Source: a virus
Lineage: Duplodnaviria > Caudoviricetes
IMG/VR virus record: IMGVR_UViG_3300044878_000210
Span: 1 to 37,004 of that record
Length of the DNA stretch: 37,004 nt
Reading direction: 5' to 3' (one strand)
Shown: positions 16,373 to 24,937 of the stretch, piece after piece
Numbering within the stretch: the first letter of the stretch is position 1
Layout: each line of letters starts with the position of its first letter
The notes under the pieces: generated by a model
What the model saw: only the letters and a program-made list of their open reading frames with translations
Database searches by the model: none
What the model was told of the DNA's origin: nothing
Made by a program: the position numbers and the translations under genes

Positions 16373-17422
16373 ATGAACCGAATCACCAAAACCGTTTTAA
16401 TGCTGGGCGCGCTGCTGGCCTGTTCCCTGGCGTTTGCGATGGATGCGAACGCCGCCGGCGTGGCGCTTCACTCGATCGCCAGCCACGCCGATATCTTCGG
16501 TTCGATGGGCGGCGACCTGTCCATGCTCGGCCTCGCGGTCGGATCGGTGGCCGGCGTCGGCGGCGCGGGCAACCACGCAACGCAATCGAAGTTCTTCCGC
16601 ATCGCCGTCGAAGGTGCAACCACAGACGGCCGCAACATCGCTCGCGACTGGATTACGCAGATGGCGAAGAACTACAGCCCGACCCTGTACGGTGCGCGCC
16701 TGAATCTTGAACACCTGCGCGGCACGATGCCGGATGGCCCGTTCAAGGCATACGGCGATGTGCTGTCCCTGGAAGCGCGCGAAGAAACGGGCGAGTTCGC
16801 CGGCAAGCTGGGCCTGTATGCGCAAATCGTCCCTACCCCCGATCTGGTGGCGATGACGAAGGCCAAGCAAAAAATCTACACCTCCTGCGAAATCGACCCA
16901 TCCTTCGCCGACACCAAGCAAGCGTACCTGGTAGGCCTGGCCGTCACCGACAGCCCCGCCAGCCTGGGTACTTCGATTCTTTCTTTCGCAGCCCAAAACC
17001 CGAAGGACAGCCCGTTCGCTCACCGCAAGCTGAAAGCGGACAACCTGTTCACCGCGGCCGTTGACGAAGTGGTCATCGAACTGGAAGAAGTCGCCGCCCC
17101 GGCACCGTCGGTCTTCAAGAAAGTTGGCGAATTGATCGGCCTGTTCAAGAGCAAGGGCGCAGCTGACGACAGCCGCTTTGCCGATATGTCCCAGGCAGTC
17201 GAAGCACTGGCGACCTTCAGCAGCGAACAAGCTGCCATCGCAACCAACCAGCAGCAGACAGTCGTACAGCTCACCACCCAAGTGGGCGAAATGAAGGCCG
17301 CAGCAGAAAAGGACCGCGCCGCGTTTGCAGCACTGAAACAGGAGCTGTCCACCACCGGCAACGGTCAACCACCACGCCCCGCAGCTACCGGCGGCGCCGG
17401 CACCGTCGCGACGGATTGCTAA
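16373..17422 (+). CDS. gpO: Capsid scaffolding protein/protease with a hydrophobic N-terminal extension
   Basis: KFFRIAVEGATTDGR.I...WI.QMA..Y....YGARLNLEH, KIYTSCEI, LVGLAVTDSPASLGT and a C-terminal RP.ATGG....TDC. Confidence 0.95.
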   Translation: MNRITKTVLMLGALLACSLAFAMDANAAGVALHSIASHADIFGSMGGDLSMLGLAVGSVAGVGGAGNHATQSKFFRIAVEGATTDGRNIARDWITQMAKNYSPTLYGARLNLEHLRGTMPDGPFKAYGDVLSLEAREETGEFAGKLGLYAQIVPTPDLVAMTKAKQKIYTSCEIDPSFADTKQAYLVGLAVTDSPASLGTSILSFAAQNPKDSPFAHRKLKADNLFTAAVDEVVIELEEVAAPAPSVFKKVGELIGLFKSKGAADDSRFADMSQAVEALATFSSEQAAIATNQQQTVVQLTTQVGEMKAAAEKDRAAFAALKQELSTTGNGQPPRPAATGGAGTVATDC

Positions 17423-17458
17423 CAGCTTCGCCCCCTCAACGATAGGAGTACTACCAGC

Positions 17459-18472
17459 ATGAAAAACCCAACCCGTATCGCCTACGCGGCATATCTCACC
17501 ACCCTGGCAAGCCTGAACGGCGTAGCCAGCGCGACCGAGAAATTTACCGTTGCGCCTTCGGTGCAGCAAACCCTGGAAACGAAGATTCAGGAGTCCAGCG
17601 ACTTCCTGGGCCGCATCAACATTGTTCCAGTCACCGAGCAAAAGGGCGAAAAAATCGGCCTGGGCATCGGCGGCACCATCGCCAGCACTACCAACACGGC
17701 CAACACCGACCGCAACCCGGTCGATCCGTCCAACCTCGAAGGCAACGACTACGAGTGCACGCAAACCAATTTCGACACGGCGCTCAAGTACGCGAAACTG
17801 GATATGTGGGCCAAGTTCCCCGACTTCCAAACCCGCTTGCGTGACTCGATCGTCAACCGCCAGGCGCTCGACCGCATCCTGATCGGCTTCAACGGCACCA
17901 GCCGCGCCGCCACCTCGGACCGCGCCGCCAACCCGCTGCTGCAGGACGTGAACAAGGGCTGGATCCAGCACTACCGCGAACAAGCGGCCGCCCGCGTCAT
18001 GCACCAGGGCGCCAACGTCAACCAGGTGCGCGTCGGCGCCGAAGCCGGCGCGGACTACGCCAACCTGGACGCCCTGGTCTTCGATGCTGTCAACAGCCTG
18101 ATCGAGCCGGTACACCAGGAAGATACCCAGCTGGTAGTCATTTGCGGCCGCAACCTGCTGGCTGACAAGTACTTCCCGATCCTGAACCAGGCGCAGCCGA
18201 ACAGCGAATCGCTGGCCGCTGACCTCATCATTAGCCAGAAGCGCATCGGCGGCCTGTCGGCTGCTCGGGTTCCTGGCTTCCCGGCTAACGCCCTGATGGT
18301 GACCCGCCTCGACAACCTGTCGATCTACTACCAGGAAGGCGCCCGCCGCCGTTCGGTGATCGACAACGCCAAGCGCGACCAGATCGAGAACTACGAGTCG
18401 AGCAACGACGCGTATGTGGTCGAAGACTTCGGCCTCGGTTGCGTGGTCGAAAACATCACCCTCGCCTGGTAA
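17459..18472 (+). CDS. gpN: Major capsid protein
   Basis: F.V.PSVQQTLE..IQESS.FL..IN, LDMWAKFPDFQ, NPLLQDVNKGW and ENYESSNDAYVVED. Confidence 0.97.
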   Translation: MKNPTRIAYAAYLTTLASLNGVASATEKFTVAPSVQQTLETKIQESSDFLGRINIVPVTEQKGEKIGLGIGGTIASTTNTANTDRNPVDPSNLEGNDYECTQTNFDTALKYAKLDMWAKFPDFQTRLRDSIVNRQALDRILIGFNGTSRAATSDRAANPLLQDVNKGWIQHYREQAAARVMHQGANVNQVRVGAEAGADYANLDALVFDAVNSLIEPVHQEDTQLVVICGRNLLADKYFPILNQAQPNSESLAADLIISQKRIGGLSAARVPGFPANALMVTRLDNLSIYYQEGARRRSVIDNAKRDQIENYESSNDAYVVEDFGLGCVVENITLAW

Positions 18473-18485
18473 GGGAGCGTAGACC

Positions 18486-19157
18486 ATGAAAAGCCCCGCA
18501 CAACGCCATTTTGAGCACGTCACCGCGCGGCAGGTATCTGCCGCCGGCGGCCCAGGGGAATCCCTGGCCGGCGCCAGCCGCTACGAGCTGATGCTCGCAA
18601 AGCTGGCGACCGATCGCCGCCGCTTGAAGTCCCTGCAGTCGATCGAGCGCAAGAAGGCCGTCAAGGCCGAGGTGCTGCCCGAGTATGCGGACTACGTGGC
18701 CGGCGCGCTCGAAGGCGGGCGCGGGGCGCAAGACGATGTCTTGACCACGGTGATGGTTTGGCGCGTTGACGTGGGCGACTACGCCGGCGCCCTCGCCATC
18801 GCCGTGTATGCCCTGCAGCATCACCTGACCCTGCCCGACCAGTACGACCGCACCCTGGCTACTGTGATCGCGGAAGAATTTGCAGAGGCCGCCCTGGTCA
18901 CGCTCAAGGCCGGCGACAAGTTCGACGTCGACCAGCTGCACCAGGTTGCGACCCTCACCGAGCAACACGATATGCCCGACCAGGCGCGCGCCAAGCTGTA
19001 CAAGGCGCTCGGCCTGGCGATGCAGGAAGACCCGGCCGCGGCCCTGCCGCACCTGCGCCGCGCCCTTGCCCTGCACGATCGGGTAGGCGTAAAGAACGAC
19101 ATTGACCGGCTCGAAAAAGCGGTCAAGGCTGCCGGCGGTGACGCCAGCGGCCAGTAA
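18486..19157 (+). CDS. gpM: Terminase endonuclease (small) subunit
   Basis: MKSPAQRH, YELML.KL..DRRRLK..QS.ERK, QDDVLTTVMVW..D.GD and GVK.DI.RLE. Confidence 0.95.
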   Translation: MKSPAQRHFEHVTARQVSAAGGPGESLAGASRYELMLAKLATDRRRLKSLQSIERKKAVKAEVLPEYADYVAGALEGGRGAQDDVLTTVMVWRVDVGDYAGALAIAVYALQHHLTLPDQYDRTLATVIAEEFAEAALVTLKAGDKFDVDQLHQVATLTEQHDMPDQARAKLYKALGLAMQEDPAAALPHLRRALALHDRVGVKNDIDRLEKAVKAAGGDASGQ

Positions 19158-19256
19158 AGAGCCCCCCGGCCTTGGCGGCGCCGGCTGACGATTGGAATAC
19201 CTGACGGTTTACCCGATCCGAAGCCGGCCCACCGCCATCAATTTGAAAGACCGCCC

Positions 19257-19733
19257 ATGAGTTTCATCGCCACCGCCCCTTCAAGCACGCCGTCGACGCC
19301 GGCAGGCGCCGCGATCGTGACGAATGACGGCTTTTTCCCCGACCTCGACCTCGACAAGCTGCGCGAAGCGATGCGCCTCGACGGCACGGTCACGCCGGCG
19401 CGCCTGCGCGATGCCGCGATCGCCGCCGTTATCAGCATCAACGGCGAGCTGAAAGACTGGAAGGCCGGCCAGCTGGCCGCCGGCACAGCCAGCCTGGCCG
19501 ATATCGAACCCAAGATCGGTGGCGTTGGCGTGCAGGTTTCGCTGTACCTGGCTGCCGTCTACCGCACCACCAAAGCGGACCTGACCGAGCGGTACCGCGA
19601 CTTCGACGCAACGAAAGCCGGCGAAGCAAAAGCGGACCAGCTGGAAGGCACGATCGGTGACGATCGCCGCGCCGCGCGCTGGGCCATCCGTGACTTTCTC
19701 GGCCTTCCCCGCTCAACGATCGAGCTTATCTGA
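19257..19733 (+). CDS. gpL: Head completion protein
   Basis: NDGFFPD.D....R..MRLDGTVT..RL and ARWAIRD.LG.PR.TIELI. Confidence 0.93.
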   Translation: MSFIATAPSSTPSTPAGAAIVTNDGFFPDLDLDKLREAMRLDGTVTPARLRDAAIAAVISINGELKDWKAGQLAAGTASLADIEPKIGGVGVQVSLYLAAVYRTTKADLTERYRDFDATKAGEAKADQLEGTIGDDRRAARWAIRDFLGLPRSTIELI

Positions 19734-19939
19734 TGCGCGTACTCGCCCAACAAGGTGACACCGTGGACGCCCTGTGCTGGCGGCACTACGGCCGCACGGC
19801 CGGCCTGGTGGAGCTGGTACTCGAAATGAATGCCGGCTTGGCCGACCTCGGCCCGGTCCTGCCGCATGGCCTCGCAGTAGAAATGCCGGATAAGCCGGCG
19901 AACAAACCCACCGTCCCGCTGCTGCAGCTGTGGGATTGA
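19733..19939 (+). CDS. gpX: Tail protein X (LysM-like)
   Basis: AQQGDTVDALCWRHYGRT.G.VE.VL..N.GLA.LGP.LPHG...LQLWD. Confidence 0.95.
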   Translation: MRVLAQQGDTVDALCWRHYGRTAGLVELVLEMNAGLADLGPVLPHGLAVEMPDKPANKPTVPLLQLWD

Positions 19940-19954
19940 AACAAAGGAACGATC

Positions 19955-20305
19955 ATGGCAGAACCTAGCTCCACCACCACGGCGATTGTTTCGGCCGGCA
20001 TCGGCTTTGCAAGCCTGTTCCCTGGCATCGACGGCAACGCGCTGATCGGCGCTTTCGCCGGCGCGGCGCTGCTCGTGGTCAGCTCCAAAGACCTGTCGAT
20101 CGGCAAGCGCTTCGCCTACCTGGTCATTTCCCTGGTTGCCGGCTACCTGGCCGCCCCCGACCTGGTGCAAATCACCCCGATCCGCTCAACTGGCGTGGCT
20201 GCCTTTTTCGCCGCCGCCCTGGCGATCGCCGTCACGCTGCAGCTGATCGAGCGGATCAAGACGGTTGATCTGTTCGAGTACTTCAAAAAAGGAAAGCCAC
20301 CGTGA
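19955..20305 (+). CDS. Putative holin
   Basis: MAEP...PGIDGNALIGAFAGA with several TM segments. First gene of the lysis cassette. Confidence 0.85.
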   Translation: MAEPSSTTTAIVSAGIGFASLFPGIDGNALIGAFAGAALLVVSSKDLSIGKRFAYLVISLVAGYLAAPDLVQITPIRSTGVAAFFAAALAIAVTLQLIERIKTVDLFEYFKKGKPP

Positions 20306-20541
20306 TGACTTTGACCCAGGCGGGGGCCGCCGCCGAAGACGCGATCGCCCGCTACGTGAAGCGGTGCGGCGCGAACAGTCCTGACGATATGCGCAAGGCG
20401 CTGGAAGTACTCATTTCCAAAGCGGCGCGCAGCATCGAAAAATCTTCATGCCACCAGGTTGCAATGGATGTGCTGGTCCGCACGGTGGAACGTGTGGCGG
20501 AAAACCCGGCCCCAACCTCGGCACCAGTAGGAGGAAATTAA
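20302..20541 (+). CDS. Hypothetical soluble protein inserted in the lysis cassette
   Basis: GTG start overlaps the holin stop (AGGA RBS). Ends 2 bp before the next ATG. Confidence 0.65.
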   Translation: MMTLTQAGAAAEDAIARYVKRCGANSPDDMRKALEVLISKAARSIEKSSCHQVAMDVLVRTVERVAENPAPTSAPVGGN

Positions 20542-20543
20542 CC

Positions 20544-20831
20544 ATGCAAATCGACCTCGCCGTTGCCGGCACCGACCTGACGCTTGCTCTCTACGGCGCC
20601 GCCTGCCTTCACCTGCTGCTGTACCGCAAGGATGGCGCGCGGCACCGGCGCCACGTGTCCTGGTTCGCCTGGGCATTGCTGGTGATGCTGGCCGGCTCGG
20701 CAGTCGAGCTGGCGATCAGCACGCACCATGTTGGACTGTTCGAGGCCATGCGCGCGATTGCGCTGTACCTGTTTATTTTTGGCGCCCGCGGCAACGTGGC
20801 GCGCCTCCTTTATGGAGCGACTGAGAAATGA
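20544..20831 (+). CDS. Second holin/antiholin-family membrane protein
   Basis: AGGAGG RBS. LL.YRK.GARHR..VSW.AW.L...ARGNVARLL with about 3 TM segments. Confidence 0.82.
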   Translation: MQIDLAVAGTDLTLALYGAACLHLLLYRKDGARHRRHVSWFAWALLVMLAGSAVELAISTHHVGLFEAMRAIALYLFIFGARGNVARLLYGATEK

Positions 20832-21628
20832 TGACGAAACTTGGCGATGTTGGGGAAGGCGTTGCGCTGCTGCAGCGCCGTCTGGTTCGCGCCGGCTACG
20901 CGCTGGACGTGACCCATGTATTCGATGAGGCGACGCAGAAGGCCGTAATGGCCCTGCAGCGCACCGCCGGCCTCGTAGTTGATGGCATCGCAGGGCCGAA
21001 GACCTTTGTGGCCGTGGCGGGCGTCTATCCGGCCCACTACCTGACCGACGACGCCCTGGTCAAAGCGGCGTCAACGCTCGGCGTGTCGATCGCCGCCGTG
21101 CGCGCGGTCAATGAGGTGGAATCGCGTGGTCACGGCATGCTGCCCGATGGCCGGCCGGTGATCCTGTTCGAGCGCCACGTATTCTGGAAGCAGCTCGAAA
21201 AACACGGCCTCGACGCGGCCGCGATCGCCGCAAAGTGGCCGAATGTCGTCTGCCAGGAGCGCGGCGGCTACCAGGGCGGCGCCGCCGAGTACGTGCGCCT
21301 GGCGTCGGCGACCATGATCCACCCGGCGGCCGCGCTCGAATCCTGCAGCTGGGGCGCGTTCCAAATCATGGGCTATCACTGGAAGGACTTGGACTATGCC
21401 AGCGTCGACGACTTCGTGGAGCGCATGAAGGCAGGCGAGGGCCACCAGCTGGAAGCGTTCGTCCGGTTCATCGCCAACGAGCCGGCCCTGCTGGCTGCCT
21501 TGAAGGCCCGGAAGTGGAGCGCGTTCGCCAAGGGATACAACGGCGCGGACTACGCCCGCAACCTGTACGACGCCAAGCTCGCCCAGGCGTATGCAAAATA
21601 CGCCGACGCCGAAAAGGCGGCGGCATGA
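20828..21628 (+). CDS. Modular endolysin: PG-binding domain plus N-acetylmuramidase (DUF3380-type)
   Basis: GD.G..V..LQ.RL...GL.VDGIAGPKT, AV.EVESRG.G, ILFERH.F, SWG.FQIMG.H and FA..YNG..Y..N.YD.KL. Confidence 0.94.
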   Translation: MMTKLGDVGEGVALLQRRLVRAGYALDVTHVFDEATQKAVMALQRTAGLVVDGIAGPKTFVAVAGVYPAHYLTDDALVKAASTLGVSIAAVRAVNEVESRGHGMLPDGRPVILFERHVFWKQLEKHGLDAAAIAAKWPNVVCQERGGYQGGAAEYVRLASATMIHPAAALESCSWGAFQIMGYHWKDLDYASVDDFVERMKAGEGHQLEAFVRFIANEPALLAALKARKWSAFAKGYNGADYARNLYDAKLAQAYAKYADAEKAAA

Positions 21629-22059
21629 GCGAGCTTGCCGCCAAAGTCGCCTGTGGCCTCCTGGCCGCCCTGCTGGCCGTCGCGGGCGTCATGTACGTGC
21701 GTGCGCTCCACGCCGAGCTGGAAACCTCCCAGGCGGCCGCCAAAGCGGCCCAGCAGGGCATCGCCGATCGCGACGACACCATCAAGAACATGCGCGATAT
21801 CCAGCACTCCGTCGAGCTGGCCCGCGCGAAGCTGGAAGGGGAGCGCGCCGCCGTGCGTGCGACCCTCTCCGACCGTGAGACTTTGATAGGAAAACTGCAA
21901 TATGAAAATGCCGAAATTCGCACCTGGTCCGCTGTTTCTCTGCCTGGTGATGTTATCCGGCTGCGCGAACACCCCGCCGTCACCGGCGCCGCGTCTTACC
22001 GTGCTGGCATGCCCAGCCGTGAGCCGCTGCACTCTGCCGGCGGTGTCGGCTCGCAGTAA
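21625..22059 (+). CDS. lysB: i-spanin (LysB/Rz-like)
   Basis: ATG 21625. N-terminal TM, coiled coil and L..EN..IR.W....LP.DVIRL. Confidence 0.88.
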   Translation: MSELAAKVACGLLAALLAVAGVMYVRALHAELETSQAAAKAAQQGIADRDDTIKNMRDIQHSVELARAKLEGERAAVRATLSDRETLIGKLQYENAEIRTWSAVSLPGDVIRLREHPAVTGAASYRAGMPSREPLHSAGGVGSQ

Positions 22060-22168
22060 CGGGGATCTGAACCTCGCCGCAGAACGGGCAGAGGCGGCCT
22101 GGGCCGAGTGCGCGGCCCAGGTCGACACGATCTTCGAGTGCCAGGCGAAGGCGGCCACCCATGAATAA
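21902..22168 (+). CDS. lysC: o-spanin (LysC/Rz1-like lipoprotein)
   Basis: Lipobox LSGC, CP.V..C.LP....NGDL.......AWA.CAAQVD...CQ, overlapping lysB in another frame. Confidence 0.9.
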   Translation: MKMPKFAPGPLFLCLVMLSGCANTPPSPAPRLTVLACPAVSRCTLPAVSARSNGDLNLAAERAEAAWAECAAQVDTIFECQAKAATHE

Positions 22169-22592
22169 GCCCGGAAGCCTGCGCGCCGCGATCGCGGCCG
22201 CTGTCCCTGACCTGGAAGCGAACCCGGACAAGTTCCTGGTCTTCGCCGACGAGGGCGGAATCGCCGCCACCGGCACGAAATCGCTATCGTTTGAATATCG
22301 CTATACCCTCAACATGATATTGATGGACTATGCGGGCGACGCAGACACCGTCATGATTGCGCTGCTCGCCTGGGTGAAGCGTAACCAGCCCGAGCTGGTG
22401 CATAACTTCGACAAGCAGAAGGACGGCATTACCTTCGAGGTGGACCACCTGAACAACACCACCTGCGACCTGTCGATCAAGCTGCGCCTTACCGAGTCGG
22501 TGAAAGTCACCACAGGACCGGACGGCACGCATACGGCCTTCCACCTGGACGAGCCGGTACCGGAATGGGAAACCACAGGCCTGGGCGGATAA
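22161..22592 (+). CDS. gpR: Tail completion protein R
   Basis: MNKP.SLR.A...VP.L..NPDK..VF.D.G...SLSFEYRYTL and DLSI.L.LTE.V. Confidence 0.93.
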   Translation: MNKPGSLRAAIAAAVPDLEANPDKFLVFADEGGIAATGTKSLSFEYRYTLNMILMDYAGDADTVMIALLAWVKRNQPELVHNFDKQKDGITFEVDHLNNTTCDLSIKLRLTESVKVTTGPDGTHTAFHLDEPVPEWETTGLGG

Positions 22593-23060
22593 GTGGACGA
22601 ACTGAGCGCGATCGAGGAATGGGCCGGCGCCTTGCTGGGGAAGATGCAGCCGGCGGCGCGCCGCAAGGCGGCCGCCGATATCGCCCGCGAGCTGCGCCGC
22701 AGCCAGAAGGCCCGGATCGGCGCCCAGCGCAACCCTGACGGCAGCGCCTTCGAGGCGCGCAAGCCGCGCATGGTGATGAGGGACGCCAGGTTGCGGGAAA
22801 AGGAAGGCAGGATCAAGCGCCGCGCCATGTTTGCGAAGCTGCGCACCGCTCGATTTTTCAAAGTTGAGACAAGCAGCGATGGCCTGGCGATCGGGTTCTC
22901 CGGGCGCGCCGCGCGCCTGGCTCGGGTTCACCAGGAGGGGGCGTCGTCCGATGTGGCGCCCGGTCGATCGTACAAATACCCGGTGCGCCAGCTGCTCGGC
23001 TTCACCCCGGCCGAGCGTGAAATGATCCGCGATAAGCTGCTCGAACACATCACCAGGTAA
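22593..23060 (+). CDS. gpS: Virion morphogenesis / tail completion protein S
   Basis: LRRSQ..RI.AQRNPDGS.F..RK, MF.KLRTAR and Y.YP.R.LLGF. Confidence 0.93.
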   Translation: MDELSAIEEWAGALLGKMQPAARRKAAADIARELRRSQKARIGAQRNPDGSAFEARKPRMVMRDARLREKEGRIKRRAMFAKLRTARFFKVETSSDGLAIGFSGRAARLARVHQEGASSDVAPGRSYKYPVRQLLGFTPAEREMIRDKLLEHITR

Positions 23061-23062
23061 CG

Positions 23063-23797
23063 TCAGGCGGCGAGGCGCTCCACCGTGGTGGTGTGGATCC
23101 GCTGGTTTATCTCGCAACCCATCCAGTTCAGCCCCGCCTCTTTCGCAGCTATCAGGAACGGCCCGCTTCCGGCGAACAGGTCTAGAACCGTCCCACCCTT
23201 CGGCACCAGGCGCACGATTTCGCGGCCCAGCTCGAGCGGCTTCTCCGTCTGGTGCTTCTTCGGGAAGCTGAGTCGAGCCTGGAACACGCCAGGCAGATAG
23301 ACGTCACACGCCGGCAGCTCGCCTTTGCTGGCCCACACGATGAATTCCGCCTGTTGCTTGAACCCGCCATTGCGCGGCCGCGCGCGGCCGGTGGTCTTGT
23401 CCCATACCGCGATACCCCGCAAGGTGAAGCCGGCCGCCTGGATAACGTCAGTCAGCGCCGGCAGCTGGCGCCAGTCGATGAAGCACACCACCAGGCCGCC
23501 CGGTTTCAGCGCGCGCTGCGCACCCGACAACCAGCCCTGGCACCAGAACAACCACGAGCGCTGGTCCATGTTGTCGAAATCGAAGTCCTCGTAGACCTCT
23601 TTCGTTGACGAATTGATGTACTTCACGCCCGTTGGCTGCGCGCGCGCCGCGCGGTGCAGGCCGCCGGAACAGTAGGGGGGATCGGTCAACAGCATGTCGA
23701 CCGTGTTCGGCGGGATATTGCGGACGAACTCCACCGCGTCTACCTGGTGCAATTTGTTGAGGATGGATGGTGTAGCGGGTGCAGCTTTCTTTTTCAC
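23063..23797 (-). CDS. Orphan N6/N4 DNA methyltransferase (beta class)
   Basis: TDPPY (motif IV) precedes H.TEKP and LDLFAGSG (motif I), then GCEI. Start is probably GTG 23797 or TTG 23803, not 24064. Confidence 0.92.
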   Translation of the reverse strand: MKKKAAPATPSILNKLHQVDAVEFVRNIPPNTVDMLLTDPPYCSGGLHRAARAQPTGVKYINSSTKEVYEDFDFDNMDQRSWLFWCQGWLSGAQRALKPGGLVVCFIDWRQLPALTDVIQAAGFTLRGIAVWDKTTGRARPRNGGFKQQAEFIVWASKGELPACDVYLPGVFQARLSFPKKHQTEKPLELGREIVRLVPKGGTVLDLFAGSGPFLIAAKEAGLNWMGCEINQRIHTTTVERLAA

Positions 23798-23903
23798 GGT
23801 CAAGGATTCCAAAAATGGTTTGAGAGGCACGCGGCGATGACACCGCGGGCGCGAAGCAAGGCCATTTTCTGGCTGGCGCCGCCCCTGGTGAACCACAGGA
23901 AAG

Positions 23904-23962
23904 CGTAGCCGCTGCAGGTACAAACGCGGACAGGTGCATCGCGCGCGTGAGGCCGTCAAGAT
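23904..23962 (+). promoter_or_regulatory. Ogr-dependent late promoter PV
   Basis: CGT-N13-ACA (23904-23922), then 34 bp, then CAAGAT (23957-23962). Same geometry as PO and PF. Confidence 0.6.
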
Positions 23963-23969
23963 GATGTCC

Positions 23970-24581
23970 ATGAACCCTACCGAACTCTTACGCCTCCTGC
24001 TCAACATGCTCCGAAAGGGGACGATTTCGGCCGTGGACCACGAGGCCGAAACCTGCCGTGTCACGAGCGGGGATCTGACAACGAATTGGATACGGTGGAT
24101 GGCCCTGGCCGCCGGCAGTACCCGCGACTGGAACCCGCCGACCGTGGGCGAACAAGTGCTCTTGCTTTCCCCAGGCGGTGACCCAGCGGACGCCGTAGCG
24201 CTGCGCGGCCTCTATTCCGAGACTGCACCGGCGCCAAGCCACAGCCCCGACACCCACACCCGCGCCTATCCCGATGGCGCGGTGATCGAGTATGACCACG
24301 TTCGGCACGCGATGTCCTGCATCTTCCCGCAAGGCGCAACGGTGGTGCTGTCGTCGCCGGCATCCGTGGAAATTCATACCACCGTCGCCACCATCTTTGC
24401 CGATAGCGTCACCCTGGACACCCCTAGCGCGATCGTCACCGGCAATCTGCGCGTCGACGGCGGCATCACCGCAGGCCAGGACATCACGACGCCTGGCGAC
24501 GTGAAAGCCGGCGCAATCAGCCTGAAAACTCACGTCCATACCGAGCTAGGCGACGGCAAGAAAGTGAGCGCCCCTCAATGA
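23970..24581 (+). CDS. gpV: Baseplate spike protein V
   Basis: EL.RLL.N..R.G.I..VD, W.PP.VGEQV..LSPGGD, YPDGA..EYD and C-terminal SL..H.H. Confidence 0.94.
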   Translation: MNPTELLRLLLNMLRKGTISAVDHEAETCRVTSGDLTTNWIRWMALAAGSTRDWNPPTVGEQVLLLSPGGDPADAVALRGLYSETAPAPSHSPDTHTRAYPDGAVIEYDHVRHAMSCIFPQGATVVLSSPASVEIHTTVATIFADSVTLDTPSAIVTGNLRVDGGITAGQDITTPGDVKAGAISLKTHVHTELGDGKKVSAPQ

Positions 24582-24937
24582 TCGGCATGAACCACACGAC
24601 CGGGCGCGCAATCGACGGCCTGCAACACCTGTACCAGTCGATCGCAAAAATTCTGACAACGCCCATTGGCTCGCGCATCGGCCGCCGTGATTTTGGCTCC
24701 GAGCTGCACAACCTGATTGATGCACCGAACAACCCGGCAACCCGAGTTCGCGTTTTCGCAGCCACCGCAACGGCGTTGATGCGCTGGGAACCGCGCTTGA
24801 AGGTGACGCGCATCGGCCTGGCGACGGATCCGGCCTCGCCCGGAAGCCTGGTCATCGAGATTGAAGGCACCACCAACATTTCGCGCGATCGGGTTGCAAC
24901 CGCCGTGCCAATCAACCTTGCAAAGTCTGCCCCATGA
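24578..24937 (+). CDS. gpW: Baseplate wedge protein W (gp25-like)
   Basis: GMN..TG..I.G..HL.QSI..ILTTP.GSR..RRDFGS.L..LID.P and AL.RWEPR. Confidence 0.95.
   Translation: MIGMNHTTGRAIDGLQHLYQSIAKILTTPIGSRIGRRDFGSELHNLIDAPNNPATRVRVFAATATALMRWEPRLKVTRIGLATDPASPGSLVIEIEGTTNISRDRVATAVPINLAKSAP

Noticed and set aside
23798-24064. Extended methyltransferase N-terminus or a Com-like regulator upstream
   Set aside because: It overlaps the gpV start and the PV promoter, and I found no Com-type CxxC zinc-finger ORF.
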